Below are positions 62,351-64,000 of a DNA stretch of 64,000 nt, in pieces. Made by a program: the position numbers and the translations under genes. The stretch's first letter is position 1. Each line of letters begins with the position of its first letter. Origin of the DNA: Octopus sinensis (Eukaryota). The stretch spans positions 9,858,001 to 9,922,000 of the forward strand of contig NC_043024.1 of assembly GCF_006345805.1 (NCBI RefSeq), in the 5' to 3' direction. The notes under the pieces are model-generated. The model was given only the letters and a program-made list of their open reading frames with translations. It ran no database searches and was not told where the DNA came from.

Positions 62351-62351
62351 G

Positions 62352-62398
<47 letters not shown>

Positions 62399-62399
62399 T

Positions 62400-62600
62400 A
62401 TAGACGTTGCACAGTATTCAATATCGTGAGGTTGTTGACTGAAGATATTGTGTCTACCTGGGGTTTATACTGTCTCTCAAGTCACAACAAGGACCTCAGA
62501 CAGTCAGTACTTTATGCAACATGCGTGAAGTTCCAAATAATGCCGACTTTTGCAATGCACCTAAATTGTATGGTATTTCTAAAGTTTTCGACTGTTTTTT
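62400..62600 (-). mobile_element. R4/Dong-like LINE 3' end
   Basis: LEIPYNLGALQKSALFGTSRMLHKVLTV*, then 3' UTR into (TAA)n. Confidence 0.75.
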
Positions 62601-62669
62601 CAGATTGGGTGGTATTCAACCCAATGCGCCGATGACAAGAGGAATAACCTTTATTGATATGATTATTAT

Positions 62670-62808
62670 TATTATTCCTTCATAACACCGGAGTCTTTAG
62701 TCATCTTTCAAGTCACAACAAGGACCTCAGATAGATAATACTTTCCTTAAGATGTGCTCTGTGCCCAATAAGGCTGTTTTTTGCAAGACATCAGTCTTGC
62801 ATAGGATT
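62670..62808 (-). mobile_element. Second R4/Dong-like LINE 3' end
   Basis: KILCKTDVLQKTALLGTEHILRKVLSI*. Shares TGAGGTCCTTGTTGTGACTTGA with 62400-62600. Confidence 0.75.
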
Positions 62809-62817
62809 TTATTATTA

Positions 62818-62851
<34 letters not shown>

Positions 62852-63164
62852 ACAGTTATATATTTATTGCATGCTTTCATTGTGCATCGAATGCAAACCC
62901 TGTTGGCTTTCAATTTTGTACAGTGGTTCATACTTCCGTTTGTATTCTCCATTGCATTGAAACCATTCCATGCAATACACATGTATATATATATATATAT
63001 ACATGTATATATGTGAGTGTGTGTGTGTGTGTGTAGTGACTCATATTGCTATGTTGCGTACAATAAACTAATTGTGTTCGTTATCTCTTCGTTTGCATAT
63101 TGGTTTATTTTAATCGTTATCAGAGCACCTTTTATTATTATTATTATTATCATTATTATTATTA

Positions 63165-63358
63165 TCCTGTAGACTGTTCTTGCTTTCAGCTTCCATATTG
63201 CGGTTATCTCTATTTCAAGATTGTTAAATTTGGCCAACTTGTCCATTTTGTGAGATATGTTAACATCTGTTGTGACTGCTACTCTTTCTTATTACTTTAC
63301 ATTTCATTTCCTCATGGTCCTTAATAACAATATCTGGTCAATTAGCCTTGATCTCTTT
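63165..63358 (-). mobile_element. REL (PD-D/ExK) endonuclease fragment of an R4/Dong-like LINE
   Basis: IKAN*PDIVIKDHEE ... KLAKFNNLEIEITAIWKLK matches the RPDIV...EK..KY.DL..EI...W pattern. Confidence 0.7.
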
Positions 63359-63384
63359 ATTATTATTATTATTATTATTACTGC

Positions 63385-63429
<45 letters not shown>

Positions 63430-63448
63430 CATTATTATTATTATTATT

Positions 63449-63745
63449 AGGACCAATTCTGAGGATACACCTGTGAGAATTAATAGGAAATATAAAAGGA
63501 GAAAGGGGCTCTCTACCCCCCTTTTGACCAGACTCCCGTGGCTTTTATGGGTTTTCCATGAGTAACCTTTCGAAGTGCCTCCCCCTATTGGGATTTTTAA
63601 TTGTTACTTATTTTTCGTTGTCATCCTGCTTTTGTACACGGACCTTTTTTCAAATGGACAAAACCCTTTGTAACTTTCGTCCTGTGTTTTGCCCCTTTAT
63701 GTTTTGATTTTTGTTAGCCCTTGTGGCCAATAAACGAACAAATTA
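63449..63745 (+). mobile_element. Tx1-like LINE 3' UTR
   Basis: Paralog of 982-1260, flanked by (ATT)n. Confidence 0.7.
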
Positions 63746-63764
63746 TTATTATTAGTATTATTAT

Positions 63765-63940
63765 TAAGGTGGCGAGCTGGCGGAATGCTTAGCGGTATTT
63801 TCTTTGTCTTTGTGTTCTAAGTTCAAATTCCACCAAGGCCGACTTCGCCTTTCTTCCTTTCAGGGTGAACAAATTAAGTACCGGTTGCATACTGGGGTCA
63901 ATGCAATTGACTGGTCCCCTCCCCCAAAATTAGTAGAAAG
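63765..63940 (+). mobile_element. SINE family B
   Basis: Shared motifs. Confidence 0.75.
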
Positions 63941-64000
63941 TAATATTATTATTGTTGCTATTATTATTATTATTATTATTATTATGTTTTTTATTTCTTT

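Overview
AT-rich, repeat-saturated animal genomic DNA, most likely from an octopus (inferred from my recognition of the SINE repertoire, not from a database search). Most of the window is tRNA-derived SINEs (at least five families, labelled A-E here), microsatellites, minisatellites, MITEs, Helitron-like elements and 3' fragments of Tx1-, R4/Dong-, CR1- and RTE-type LINEs. Nearly all supplied ORFs are artefacts of these repeats. Two signals are not explained by ordinary repeats. First, a chain of short, mostly phase 1-1 exon candidates on the + strand (about 28.4-59.2 kb) suggests a large-intron gene of unknown product. It includes a tandemly duplicated pair of 24-nt microexons (48419-48442, 52859-52882), each behind a 380-490 nt AG-free pyrimidine tract and followed by a shared ACTAAT/YGCY motif. 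Second, several Penelope-type minimal hammerhead-ribozyme motifs occur: one in each arm of a ~500 bp palindrome, and two in the tail of a tRNA-headed SINE-like element. CpG-rich promoter-like islands lie near 10.6-11.1, 21.05-21.4 and 44.2-44.6 kb. All exon calls come from manual splice-site and frame reading and need RNA-seq confirmation. Repeat boundaries are approximate.
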